Shown here: piece by piece, positions 28,442 through 43,210 of the stretch
Layout of the letters: each line of letters opens with the position of its first letter
How positions within the stretch are numbered: the stretch's first letter is position 1
Source of the DNA: Auanema rhodensis
Taxonomy: Eukaryota > Animalia > Nematoda
Assembly: GCA_964057225.1 (NCBI GenBank)
Contig: OZ059895.1
Location: forward strand, 7,378,001-7,442,000
Length of the DNA stretch: 64,000 nt
Reading direction: 5' to 3'
Program-made: the position numbers and the translations under genes
Notes under the pieces: generated by a model
What the model saw: only the letters and a program-made list of their open reading frames with translations
Told to the model about the DNA's origin: nothing
The model's database searches: none

Positions 28442-31400
28442 GGAAAATAAAGAGAAGAAATAGAAAGGAAACGTATTTTCTAAAACAAAATTTGTTAAAA
28501 AATAATTAAAAAATTAAAAATAATAGATTACGCTTAGAAGGTCATTAGTTAAGATGTGAGCTTCAGACAAAAATTAAGAAAAAACTAGCAAGGGGAGAGA
28601 GAGAGAGAAAGAGACGTGGAAAGATAGGAGATACAGCAGAATTCTGAAGACGCTTAACGTAAACGCTAAACATCAAGCAGACAAACAGAAATGGATGACA
28701 CATCTTCTCTCATGTCTCCGGTCCTTCAGAAGGCTTCCGAAGTTGAAGCTTACTTCTGAGTTTAATACGATGAATATCATATGCTATAATTGCTTTGTAT
28801 GTGTATATATGTGTCACAATAATCTGTTTGGAAATTTTTATAAAACTTTCGAGTTGATGAAAAGGTTGGCGAAATATTTCATATGATCAACTTATCATGA
28901 TTTGTTCAACTAATGAACGGATATGTTTCATCATCTACAAATATTCTTCTTAGTTGTCACAACTACTGCTTACTACCGTATGCCATTCGAGAGCAGAATA
29001 ATAATCGCCTCAGGGCATCTAGATTAGTCACACAAATGCAGTTATGCCGCCAATACACATTCAGCCAACCACGGCCCCTGCCCTCTCTCTCTCTCTCTAT
29101 TACTTCACTTTTCTTGTCTCTTCCAAGCTATTCACATGTTATCTCTCAATTTCTTTTAGTCTTTTCATGTCGAGACTCATATAGTTGTTAAGAGGAATAG
29201 ATAGACGTAAGAGAATCTGAGAAGCAGACATTCAGATAAACTCATTTGTGGTCGACAAATTAATAGAAAAGCTATGCAATTCTTCAAAAAGAGATTTCAA
29301 AGTCAATCAACTTCGTTATGAGACAATGCCCGGTAGAAGCCGGGACAAAAAAATTATTTTTCTTTCTTTTCCGCTCATCTGGTATACGGTAATAGCTGAA
29401 CATAAGGGTTGATACAATGAATGTTAATATATGTATATTGATAATAAATAGAAAATTATTAAAATAATAATAATAAAACAATTTAAAAAGAAAAAAAAAT
29501 TGAAAAAGAAAGAAATATTATATGGTATAGTTAATATAAGAAAATATGAAATATGAGCATACTGTAGAATATGAAATATTATGAATTTTTATGAAAAAAT
29601 TATTAAAAATAATAATTAATTAATAATAAATATATAAATATATATTATAATATATAGATAGTTGAAATAGAATATTAGTTCGTCTAGAAAATCGACAATC
29701 GCCTGATGAACAGACGAGCGACGTCGTTGACGAAGCAAAATGGGCGGGGCATATTCGAAAAAGGGGCGTGGCTAGTGAAAGACGACCAAGTAAGAGAAAG
29801 TAAAAGATAGAGAGAGTATGAGAGGAAGTTAGTAGCAAGACAATGGCAAAAGTCGATTTGTGTTGAATATACTATGTTAAATTATGTGAAATTACTCTCA
29901 AACAACTGAAAGAAAAATTTTTTTAACAAAATTCATGGCGGCCAAAAATTGAAGAAGAAGCTGAAAATAAGAGAAATGGACGATAAGAAGGGAAAAAGAA
30001 GAAGGAGGAGGAAGACGAACGAAGAAGAAAAGCAGGAGCAGGATACAGATGACAGCATGACAGCATCAAGCTTCAGATGACACTAACATAACGTCATGAA
30101 CATAATGATCATGAAATCACTAAAGCTATATAGAATTAATTACTATTAATAGTTTTAGAAGGAACAGAAATAGGAAAGTGATTATGTTCATACATCGGAA
30201 TTTCGTGTCAAAACGCCGTCGACGACGACGACGACAACTATGAAAACCACTAACCCGCAATCGCAATGACCACACAGCGTTGATGCTTATTCACTGATCG
30301 CATCACCTGTTAGCCAATCGGCGTCCAAGGACGCCAATGGGTAATTGGCAACTGTTAACATGCTTGTAGTGGTAGTGGTAGCAAGATGAAGTGCTACATG
30401 AAGGTTGTTGAAATCATAACATGATGAAGGTGCAGAAAGATGAAAGACCGTTAGAACCTTTTGAGTATTCTGAAGTCAGTATTTTCAAAAATAGAAAAGC
30501 GGATGAATGAAGAAGTGGAACGAAGGAGGAACGATAACGACAAGTGAGAGAGAGAGCGAAAGAGAGAGAGAAAGAGGAAGAGGATAGTGGGACATCATTG
30601 AGATAGATGAAAGCCATATCCAAGTTTTCTATACCTATCTTTGCGTCTACTTCTTGTGCTCTTCCATGCAAAACAGAAAGCCGAAATTTCATTAGGATGA
30701 TTGAGACGACGATGAAGATGAAGACGACGATGAATAGAAGGAAAGGCAAGAGAGAGGGAGAGGGAGAAAACGGACGACGACGAACTAAGCGATTCAGATT
30801 CAGATAATGATGATGATGATGAGGAGGAATGAGACTGAAAGCCTCTAATATAGGGAGAAGCTTTAGCTCTATGCACAGTCCCCTTGGGGTCGTGATGTTC
30901 ATTGTCTTGCTCATCGTTCCCTCAAACTTCCTTGTTATAGATTACGGTGGAAATCTGAAGCTGAATTAATCATCATCAACATTCGTTTGTATTTAAGTAG
31001 CAAATCATAAGTTAAAACATATGAAATAGTATAAGAGATTTTAGAGATCTAAAGAAGGTTAAAGCTTAATCTAACATCTATCTCTCTCATTATCTCTCTC
31101 TTTCTCTTTTCAAATTCTAAAAGTTATTGCTTTGTTTTCTATATGTCATCCTAACTGAACATCAAGTCATAGTCTCATCGTCTGTCTTAACTTGACATCA
31201 GATGCATCAGAAATGAATTGAGATTGTGCGTAAAACACACACACACACACACACATACACATATCCATACATGAAAATACATATATCTATGCACATATAT
31301 GTATGTAGACATCATGTTGATTGTATTCCAGCAACAGAAAATCATAGCCTCAAGGCAAATTTTAATCAAATTTCATCTGGTTCCGTAACTGAATAAGTCA

Positions 31401-34400
31401 CAAAACCAATACAATCTATCTATATAACTTCAGCTTCTGCTTCATTTGCACTATATCTAATACGAAATTAGTTGTCATCAAATACTTTTGCTGAGACCTT
31501 TGCATGTAAATTCTCAACATTCTCAATGCTCTATCACGTTTTCAAAATCTTTTCTATTTCATTTGCTTTGTTTCCAATCCTCACATCATCTTATAATTGA
31601 AGAATCTTCGAACATTCAATATCATATACTAAGCCTTGTTTCTGTCTTCCTAGAGGACCTACAGGACTGCTTTGAAAAAAGATTTATTCAATCTAGCTAA
31701 TAGAAGAATTTGGGTCTCTACTCTTCTGCAGAAAAAAAATTTCCTCGTCGATTAAGCATCTGATACAGATGATGATGACGACAAAGCTTTAGTTAGTATA
31801 GCTATATCCAATCACTAATTCAATGAAAAATGCAACTTTTACAAAGAAATTTGCAACAAGTCATCCTATGTCTTAGAGCGAAAAACTCAATTCAAATGCG
31901 ATTTTAGAAAAATTTAAAAAGGTTGTGGCAGAAGAGCAATGAAATACGACATTCGGTTAGAAGTCGAATCATTCATAATCCATGATCTAGGCGGATATAA
32001 GGGAGTGACCACGACGGTCTCGGTAATCGTCAGACATCAGTTGTGCTCAACAACTAGGAGGAATGGGTAAGCAGGGAAGAACTGAGAGAGAGCAGAGATG
32101 AAGAGAATGTGACTTCATTTGATTTCCGGTAATCTAAAATTCTATAAGCAGCTGACTGAGATTGATGTGATCCGGTAGAGATGAACTGAAATGAACAAAG
32201 AGGCAAAGCCTCCTATCTGGGATGTGTGAGTGTGTATGCCTGTTAGACGGACAACGATAATGTCAGAAGTCGACGTCGAAAACATATTTTTCTAAGATAT
32301 TTCATACAGAGCTAAAGGAAAAAAAGAAGAGTAAATGAAAAAAAATGACAAAACATCATTAAAGTATGAGAGGGTATCAGAGAAGAAGAACGAGAAACGC
32401 ATGAAGAACAGGGTGAATTTGAAGAGACAGGAAGCCGTCGGCTTGTTGAGGAGAAAAGTTATCAAATATGCAATGTGAAGACAGAAAAAGGATATAGAGA
32501 ATATATACGAGGGAGAGGAATAGAGAGAGACACCGCATTGCCTCATCCTTTCCTTCATTCCCTTTCCTTACTCGCTAGCGATGAACCAGCCAGTCAGATG
32601 GAGTTGGATTACGGTAATAAGATGACCGCATATGGGGAATGTGATGTAGCATAGAAGAGGAGAGAATAAGAGAAATAAGAGATAACGAATATAAGAGGGA
32701 ATAAGAGACATTTATATAGAAAGAATATAGATAATGGTAGAAAATGGCAAAAAATAGCAAAATAGTTTAAAAATAATATTAAAATATGAGAGATATAGAG
32801 AGAAACAGAGAAGATTAATGGGAGAAAAAGAGATGCAGAGGATGAATCAATGACTAGTTCAGCTTAAATGTTGACGAGTACGCATAGTTAGATAAACAAA
32901 GATTTTATTTTTTTATTTAAATTGAAAAAAAGATCATTTTATTATATATTATATATATATTTATATAATATTTAAGAAGAAAAATAAAATTTTATATTAA
33001 AATTAAAAGAGAATACGGTATAATTATAATGAAATAAAGCAAAAAGAATAGAAAAATATCGAAATTTTTTAAAAAAACTGATGAAGTTGTCAGATGAAAC
33101 AGGCAATGAATGTGTTAAATTAATTGTCATCTAAATGGTTTCATTTTCATAAAAATTAACTTTTTTGTCCTTTCTACTCTTGTTCTATTTCATATTTCAT
33201 TTACCATCTTTCATCTTTCAGTCAGAACTACCTCTCTCTTTCTCTCTTTCTCTTACTCTCTCTCTCTATTCTATAATATCTATTTCATTATTCTCATTCA
33301 TTTTGATGTCGCACTATTCACAGAAGTCTTTTGATGTCGGTAAATCGTTTGAAATAGCCGTCAAAACGGTTTTGTTCACCATCATCTTCCATTTTCCTTC
33401 TGAGCTGTTCCGCTTATTGTTATGTACATGTGTGTTGCCATATATAGCCAAAAATGAACTTAAACTACTTGAAAAATGATTGGAAATAATGAATAGATTA
33501 AGAGAAAATGTTAGTTCCATACATATAGAGGGAATGATCAGAAAATATAGAAAAAATGTGAAAGAAATGAGAAAAAAACAAGAAATTATTCAAATGATCA
33601 TAAACCATATCATATAGTATAATATTATTTATTTATTTAAATAATTTTCTTCTACTTATCTCAACTACTCATCTCTTTTGTTTCATTTTTTTCTTATTTT
33701 CTATCCAAAAATTCTTTGATTCATTTTGTTTTAAGAAAAATGATCAACAGACAGATGTCTACTGTGATTGTCGGCTTGAAAAGTGTGAAAAGTGACAAAC
33801 GAAAAGTAAATGTTGAAAAGAAAGTTGAAATAGTCTTTTCAATGTATTGTTTCATTGTGAATACTTATATAGAAATTTTCCCTTCTTAACTTATAATACT
33901 ATTATATCTATGAATATATATATGTATATATATATATATATAGTTAACCGATGACACAATTTCCTTCTTTTCTTGTCTTTTTTCAAACATTTTTAAGACA
34001 AAAATCAAAGAGGATATGAAAAGGAAGTCAATTGAATTGAATGAAAATGAAAAAATTGAAAAGAGATTGCAGATGGGCTAGAGTTTCATTTCGGAAAAAT
34101 ATGAAAAGACGATATTTGAGGTTAGATAGGTTGATGTTTCATCTTCTTTTCTCTTCATAACAAAAGATTTTCGAGATAGGGGGCTATAACATTACTGTGA
34201 GTAGTAACATTCAGATTAATAGAAATTACAGAAGAGCAACCGTTCTACTTCATTTTATAATAAACAATGATGATTATGCTTATTATTATGCAAATAACTG
34301 TACCTGAATGACGTCATTTACACGTACGTGAAATTATAATCATACGTATGTATATATTTATGAAAATGATATAAGGATACGGAAGGTTGAAGTCAAAAGA

Positions 34401-37400
34401 GCAGAGAGCAACAAGCTTGGCTTCTGAAAATTAGTAATTGGTTACTGAGCGCTATAATCCACATGAATCGCTATGAGACCCATAATCATACGAAATAAAT
34501 TTCGGCCATTTGCAGCTCGTTATGACATAAAGGCTGAAAAAAATGAAAAGTTAGAATTTCATGGCATATGTGTTTTGAAATGAATATTTAGAGAAAGTTT
34601 GTGGATGATACAGATGCACCAACAGTAGCAGAGAAATAAAAAGAATGAGAAGCTAGAGAATAAATTCAAATAAAATGGAAAAATAAGAAGAAGAAGAAGC
34701 AGATGAAGAAGAATAAGAACAGGAATCAAATGAAAAATAGTAAAAATGAAAACTTCTCTCTTCCTCTCTACCTCCTCCCTCTCTCTCTATCTATCTTTCA
34801 AAACTTTATATTTAAATGTTGTCGTTAGTGGCATCTGAACGGCATGCTACCACCGCAGAAGCGTTCATCATCAGACAACGTCGGCATTATCGTTGTTCTT
34901 TAAGATGGCTTGATACATCGTTCATCATCAGCTTCTTGTAGTCTTCATTTCTTATTAATACTTGTAAAGAAATAGAAGAAAATGAAGAAGAATAAGGCAA
35001 AAGAAGAGGAAAAGACACAGCATTTCTTCTGTATTTGAAGTCTATATATCAGACATTTCAATGAAAATGTTCTCACATACTCAATTTCTTTTTCAAAATT
35101 TTTCAGAAACAACTTCATATTTCTTTCCATTCGCTTGTCCATATTATATCAGAAAATGGTATGCAAATATTAGAAAAAAATGATCCAAAGTACGAAAATG
35201 CTTAAAACACATGATGTAAGTTAGACATTTTCAAATCATTAATGCTCATAGCTTAAGCTTAGTCTAGTGCTTATCTTCAACACTCAGTTGGCTATTTCAT
35301 ATCAATTCAACAGTTTTCGATATTTTTTTAATGAAAAACTTGTTTTTAATTTCAGAAATTTTTATTTTAAAAATGAAAAATTAAATTAAAATCATTAGAT
35401 GTTGAATGCCGTTAAAATGAGACATGTCTCAATGATTTCTTTACCCATTTTTTCAGCTGTTCTTCCAATGTCCATTCTTTGCCTTTTTACCTCTCGTATC
35501 ATCTCTCTGCCATTATACTCTCTTTCTCTGTTGTTTCTTTCGTTCCGTCAAACACAATCTTTAAAAACTATGTAAATGCTCGTAAAATCGTTTTGTAAAG
35601 GAAAACGAAGGAAATGACTTGATGAATATAAGAAGAAAATCATTGGCATAGTTATTGTTATAACACAAATATGTTTAATATGTGTTTGAAAGAACATCAT
35701 ATGCATACACGTAGCTACAGTATGCCGAGCTCTACTTGTCAAACCACCCAGCCCCCTCTTGCCCCCACTTCTTCTCAGCCTTCCTCTCTGTTGTGTCTCT
35801 GTCCCGTCCAACCCCCTTTTTATTCGTTCGCCTTCTCGCCTGTCAAATGATTGCTGGACAGAATTCATAATGAACTAATGAGAAGAAATAGAATGAAGCT
35901 TGGATAAGTGGTAAGGATGATTGAAAGATATAGATTCAGATGACATATACAACGCAAGTTAGAAGAGAGATAGAAGTAATACAGAAGGGGGGAGGGGCAG
36001 AAAGAAAGAAAAGTAATGAAACACCGTTTAGGTAATCTGATGATGAGACATGAAATAAGAAGTATATCAGATGAAGGTAATCAGTAGTTGTAGTAGTTAT
36101 GACATAGTAACATAGAAGTTGATGAAGTGAAATAACAAAATGAAAGAAAGACTGATGAGCAACGACAGTGATGTCAATGAGCTGCTTTGAGGTAAACGAA
36201 GAATAAGAAGATTATATGATAAGTTGAGGAATGAGAGATTGGATAGGGAGGGGGGTTCAGTAGAATGGTTAGCTGTTAGTATTTGATAGAAGCAACACGA
36301 ATTAGAAAAGATAGATGTAAAGATATGAACATGATATTAAAAGATGAAGAGAGAATAGAGAAAAGGGGGTAATAACTATAAAAATTTATCACCTTTCTCT
36401 CTTTCTTTTTCTCTTATAAATTCTTTGTATTTTTAGCAACTCTCTCAATTCATGCCTCTCACTATCACTATCTATACTAACTCTTTCTTACTCTCAATTC
36501 TCCTTCCTTCACTTACTATCTCTCTCTCGATGTTATACCTTGACGTCGTCATCGGAGATAGACAACCCATCAGAAGAAGAACTAACGATCCATTGAATGT
36601 TTGTTGCCAATTCGTCCCCATCGTCTTCTCATCTTCTTCTTCTCCTTCCTTCGCAACCTCCTCCTCTATTTCTCCTGTGTGTATGTGTATGAGAGAGGTT
36701 GCGAAGCAAGAATTCATCACTACGATAGACTCTCATAAGACAGATAAAAACTAAGAGATTACAGAGAAAAAGAGTCAATTCAAAAGATAAATTGACGTGA
36801 TTCCAATTGAAATTTCTTTTCCTCTTTCAATCTTTTCAGATCAGCTCAATCATACGACTATAAGATATGTTATATGTGTATGATTTTGATCAATTTTTTC
36901 TTTTTTTTTAATTCACAACGAATACTTGTGGAACAGCCGACGCTTAGTGATTATGGTACCCTATATACTGATGATAATATAAAAATCAAATAATTTTTCT
37001 AATTATATATTCATAGATATATAAACCTTATAAGATTTGATAGGACATGTTAAGGTTATTGGTCATATATGGAGTTCATATTCTACAGAGTGATGAAGAA
37101 AAATCTTAAAAGAATTAGAAAGAGAGAGAGAAAGAGAGAGAGGGGAGATGTAGATTGAAAGAGTGAGAGAAATAAGGAAAGTTCGATAAAAAGCTTTTTT
37201 TTGTGAAGAAGACTTTAATTAGATGCAAGCCAGAAGAGTTGAAAGAGCTTACGTCGCAGGCGACAGAACTAAGCAATCGAAATGATTTTGAATTTTTTTT
37301 TTTTTGGAAAAAAATTGAAAAAGAGAATGAAGAGAAAATGAATTATGAGCAGCTGGCTTTTCAACATATGGAGAAGTACATGAGGATTTCCGGATAAGGT

Positions 37401-37636
37401 AATGAATGGTTAGATGAATGATTGAAAATCATTTTGAGAAGTGAAATTTCGAAAAGTAATTTCAAGGATAGAAGAGAGGAAAGGGAAATGAACGTATAAG
37501 ATAATATGAATTGAGATTATATAAAGAAATAATTTAAAGAAAAAAGTAAAGAAAAGTATAAAAATTAGATTTATAAAGAGAAAAGGATTAAGAGAGAAAT
37601 TTCATGAGAATGAAAAATATTAAAAGAGAGGTAGAA

Positions 37637-37642
<6 letters not shown>

Positions 37643-37692
<50 letters not shown>
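37643..37692. repeat. (AG)n microsatellite
   Basis: Direct reading. Confidence 0.95.
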
Positions 37693-37696
<4 letters not shown>

Positions 37697-38233
37697 TTCC
37701 TGACCTTATAGTACATTATGGACAGTTGTTATGATAATTGAAATGAAATGAAACAAGGAAATCAAAATTATATGATAATAATGATGTGAGAAAATAATTT
37801 TTAGAAAATAATATAAGTTGAATCATCCAATTGGTTTTGTTGAAATTTAACTGGAACATCTGAAATATGAAAAATATTAATAAAACTATGATATTATGAT
37901 TAATACATATAGTTAAGAAGAAAATTATATAAAAATTGAAAGTATAGTTACAGAAGTTATAGTAAAAGCTTTCAAACAAAAGGGTTATGAATGAAATTGA
38001 AAGAGAGGGAATGAGAGAAAAGAAGAGAGAGACAGAGAGAGAGGGAGAGAGTAAATGAATGAACAAACTATAGAATGATTCAAAAAAAAAAGGAAACAGA
38101 CCATATAAGGACAATATATTGAAAGAAAAGACAACGTGAACGATGAAGAAGAAAAAGCGAGGGTATTACTGACACATAGTCATACAGAAGAAATAGACGA
38201 CAAGAAACTAGATAGAAAGATATTTGTAATAAT

Positions 38234-38265
<32 letters not shown>

Positions 38266-41200
38266 TAAAGAGTGAAGAGGTGATGGTATAAGAAAAGTGG
38301 GAGGGAGGCTGAGAATAAAAACCGGGTTACGGTTATAAAAGTCGGCATATAAAAGTTGTGTGATGGTTGGCTGGTGCTGCTGGAAGATGTCGACGACGTC
38401 GTCATCGATGAAGGGGACCCAAAGGCATATACAACGTAGCCGTCGGCGTCTACTATGAATGCCAAATCAAAACAAGAAGTCGTTAGAAAGGAGAAGGGTT
38501 ACAGATACAAAGATATGTAAATGCAAATCTTTATTGAAACATTATTTGTTATCAGAAGTATAAGATTAGATAGATCGGATTGTATTAAGATGCTTAATCA
38601 TGTTAGAAAATGATTCATGCTGCTTGAAAGCAAGGATATGATGCTATTTAGATTTCAGAAGATTGTACTATTATCATTTGACAGTTGCATGCTGGTTTGT
38701 GAATACAAGATATTCTGACAATTTGTCACTTGTTGATGAGACTGTGATCTGTGTTCGACTATCCTCTTGATTACTGTCGTCATCACCTTTCAGACAGCCA
38801 TCATGTTCTCAACCATCATTTCAACATTCGGCACATCCTTTGATCTCATTTTCACGTAACTTCTGAATAATTCACACGGGATTCTCATTTTTTTATCTTT
38901 CTTGCTTCAATTCGTTTGACATGTTTGAGACAAAAAAAATGAAAAAGTCGTCTTGTGTCCAACGTCTATCTATTCAATCGGCCGCTCCGACCATCACTAA
39001 CGCACAAGGGGCACGAACCATAAAAAGTCTACAGAGGGGGGTCTTGTCAAGAAATAGTATTCATAAATGAGAGATCATACGGCCAATTAGACAGTTTTGT
39101 AAAACCCCAAATCGCGACATTCTTCTTCTTGTTAGTGTGAGTGTCATTCTGATGAAGAACATTGAGAACACAAAATACCTTTTTTTTCTGAATGGCCGAT
39201 GAATGTATTTTGCGGTAAACGATTCTTGATAAAGACATTAAAAAGAATAAATTTAAGAGAGAGAGAAAGAAAAAGAAAGAGAGAAAGAGAGAGAAAGAGA
39301 AATATTACGAGGAAAGATCTGATGACTACCTACTCTTTTGGCTTCTGTGTCTATGAATCATCCTACTTGTAGACATCGTATAACAGGTCAATATATCTGA
39401 TGAAACAAAGATTTATGGTAAAATCAGTAGAAGAAGAAGACTTTAAATGATTTTAAAAGAAGTATTTATGAAATTTGTTCTGACTATGTTGAAAGGGTAG
39501 AATGATGAGAATTGATGAAGAAAATGATGAAGACAAGGAGAGAAAGATAGACAGAGTGAAAGCTTCATCTGATAGAATTGCCTAAAACGGAACACGAAAT
39601 GACAAACAGATTGAGCAACTCGATAAATTTGAGGAAAGTAGAAGTGGAAGAAGAAGACGAAGGAGAAAAATGAGAAGAACAAGAGTGAGAGGGTGAAGGA
39701 ATAGAGGGAAATAGAGGGAGACAGAGAAGAAGAAAAAGAAGAAAATGACATAAATGGAAATATAGAATGAAAAATAATTAGAGTGAGATGAGAGAAAAAG
39801 ACGAAAAAACGATATGAAATGAGACACGATGAAGCTAGTTAAATAGAAAATGAAATGAAGTTTTCAAAATGATGACTACTGTAGGTTATTGAAAAGAAGT
39901 CATTGACTAGTCATCAAAAACATGTCCGTTAGAATAACTTGTATTAAGATAAACAAGAACAAAACATAAAAATTATAAAATTCAGATGGCAGAAGACAAC
40001 TTGAAGAAATTTTGAAATGATCGTACTATCTAACAAGTTTCATTAAAATTACAAACTTGAGCTGGAGATTAAGATTGTTAAAAGAATTAAAATTCATTAA
40101 GCTTTATTTGAATGATGACAATAGTCTGTTAGCGGGATATCAGTAGATGAAACGATGAGGATAGTTTGGCAACATACTGATGCTATCTCAGTAGATATTG
40201 AGCTAATACATATATCTCTTAGGCTATAAAGAAAAACTTGCGTTGTGATGGATATGACGAGAGAGAGATAGGAGGGGGGGGAGAGATCGTAAAGAAGAAT
40301 CATTGAAAAAACGATGGAAGTGAATTACTTGAATGTTGAGAACTATCAGAATATGCTTGTAATCTCTAAACTTTTTTGAACTTGTTCAGAAATCAATAAT
40401 AGTTAAGAAACATGTAAAAATGATTAGATATAAGATATATGGTTATAATGAGTTATACATGTTGAATATTAAACTGATATACATATAGTTAAGAGAACAT
40501 ATATGAGAGAATGAGAGAAATAATATATGTATGTATGAATAGCAAAGCTTTAGGAGATTCTCTTGGACCGCCCTGCTGCTCTCAACCATATAGGGTTGGT
40601 GGGAGCACACAGAGACATACCACCAGCTTGCTATGCCATCAATGTTCTGCTAGATCTCTCCTTATCTTATACGCTATTCCTTTTTTTTCTCTCTCATCCT
40701 TTAATATGTGTCAGCTGGCAGACATACACAAGGCCCAAGCACAAAAGAGGCGGTGCTTAGTACTCTCCATCGAGAAACAGCATAAGTGAGCAAGATCTAC
40801 AGCGAAATAGTGTATGACGAGAAGAGATGCAGACAATAGGAAAATCATAAGCATCATGTATATATGGGAGACAGCAGAGAAATAATACAACAATATCTGC
40901 CAGCCGGCTGTCTCTCTCCATTTTCAACACTGCCTCTATATTCGAGTAGTCTTTCTTTCTTTGCTGTCTAACGGACACATATAGCGAGCCTTATGACGAG
41001 CCAATAATAAGTAGTCATAACCGATTACGGTAGTTACGCCAAGCACTGTTACCAATAATAGACACGCCCCCTTTATATGAATGTTAAATAATATAAAATT
41101 AAGAAATGAATATGAATGAATATTATAATTATAATTATTAATAATCAATAAACAATAAACAAAATAATAAACTATTATGAAATATATGTTATTATGGTAA

Positions 41201-43171
41201 TACAGTACTCCAGAAATTAAGATATTAAAGTTTAAATGTTTCTAATAATTATAAACTATCCATTTAATAATTATAATTATAATTTTATATATTAGAAAAT
41301 TTAAAAAATAAAATTAAAAGTAGAAATGAATGATGAGAAATAGATAAAAAGGGAATTTTTGAATTGAAAAAGGCGGTACTACGAGATGATTGGTTATGTA
41401 AAAATTCATCGAAATTCAATGAGAACAAACGATTATAGACGAAGATGATACTTGAAAAATACTATTTTTGGAGAAGAAATGGCCTAAAAGTGGATGAAAA
41501 GAATGAGTTTAAGTGGTTGAGATGACATAATGATTGAAACAGGCTCATCATATTACCATAATATTATCATTTATTCTTTGTCTATTACTTCAATATCATG
41601 AAACACGTTGACATAACCTCAGCATTAGAAAACCAAAGAGATGACAAAATTTAACGGCTGGCACTATAGCAATCTTGCAACATATCTCTAACCAACTTCA
41701 ACTTCAACTTCAACGACAACGATGACATTCAAACACACCGATAGTATGAAGCGGATGGTTTGTGATACGAGGCTTGATACATGAGCCGGCCTTGAAAAGT
41801 ACAGCGTGCCGGGATTTATGGCCATATAAGGAAGAAACCAGACATATAAACGATGCAAATTCAGTAAAAATTTAGAAAATGAATCTATAAGTAGAAGAAA
41901 TAAAGAAATGTCAAATGAATATATGGCTAAAAGACGACAAAAACTTTTTTTTTTTGTTGGCAAATTATATTTAAAAATGCAACCGATTGTTCGCGACAAT
42001 TGACCAAAAATGAATGAAGCGTAAGATGCGAATGAGGTTTTACGTGAAAAGTTGCATGTGATTATGAATAAATGCTGTTTAGAATACAAATAGCATTGAA
42101 GATGACTTTTTAAAAATATAATAGAATAAATTATATAAATTATACATAAAAAATGTTAAAATTCAATTGAATATTGAGAAATATATACGATATGTATGTA
42201 TGTATATGATAAAAGAAGAAGAAGAAGAAGTAGTAGATTGAGAGAAGAGGAACATGAAGAAGAGGAAGGAATGAACATGTAGTGCAATGTGAAAAAATGG
42301 AAAAAGGATGGAGGGCAACGACAAAAATTAGAGAGAATGATTAAGAGAAAGAGAAAAAGAGAGGGAGGGAGAGAAAAAAAGAAAACTAATTGTTTATATC
42401 AAAAGAAAATTCAAAAAAAGAAGAAGCTGAACAATATTTGCATTAGACTGCGAATTAGATGACTAACTTTGTTTGAATTTTTCAAAACTAAAAAACTGAT
42501 GAAATAGTAATAGACGAAGGAATAGCCTTCTGGAAATATTTGTCATTAAAGTCGAATTAATGGAAATTGACGATTGTCAGCACATAGTGAACATTATTCA
42601 TCTCAGTTTGAACGTGTTCGCCGACAAGCTTACGGACAAGCCTAGAGATTAAGTTGGAGATCAAAAAGACCGTCTCTGGTACTTTTGTATTACTCGGGTG
42701 GTTTCTGAACCAATGTAGTGTGAGCTGCAACAAACATCCGGATCATGATGAGATGATGAGGCTATCTAGTGCGTTAGACAAGACATAACCGACACAGGCT
42801 GGCGAAACTGACACTATCCCCTGGAAGATGTGCTGAACATCCGGTAGAGTGTGAGTCAAAGAGAGATAAAGGGAAAATGAAAGTGAGAGAGAGCAAGCTA
42901 GCGGTCTGCATGTTTTATGGTCGTAATCCTTTTATTGAAATCTGGTAATAGAACCAGGCAAAAGCTTTTATAGAGAGAATAAGTAAGAAATACACATGAG
43001 AGAGAGAGAGATGGAGAAAGCAAGAACAAGAATAAGATAAGTAGGCAGAGGAGTGAAAAGCTTGAAAAAGGAAGAACAAGGAGACGAGATGTTTCCTTCT
43101 ATATGAACATAGTCCGCCTCCAAATCCATCAATTAGCCTATTGTGTTAGCTATAACCATGAATGAACCATA

Positions 43172-43210
<39 letters not shown>

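Noticed and set aside
42745-42840. Possible C/D-box snoRNA (ATGATGA...CTGA)
   Set aside because: ATGATGA is ubiquitous in this GAT-rich DNA; no terminal stem or recognisable rRNA guide.
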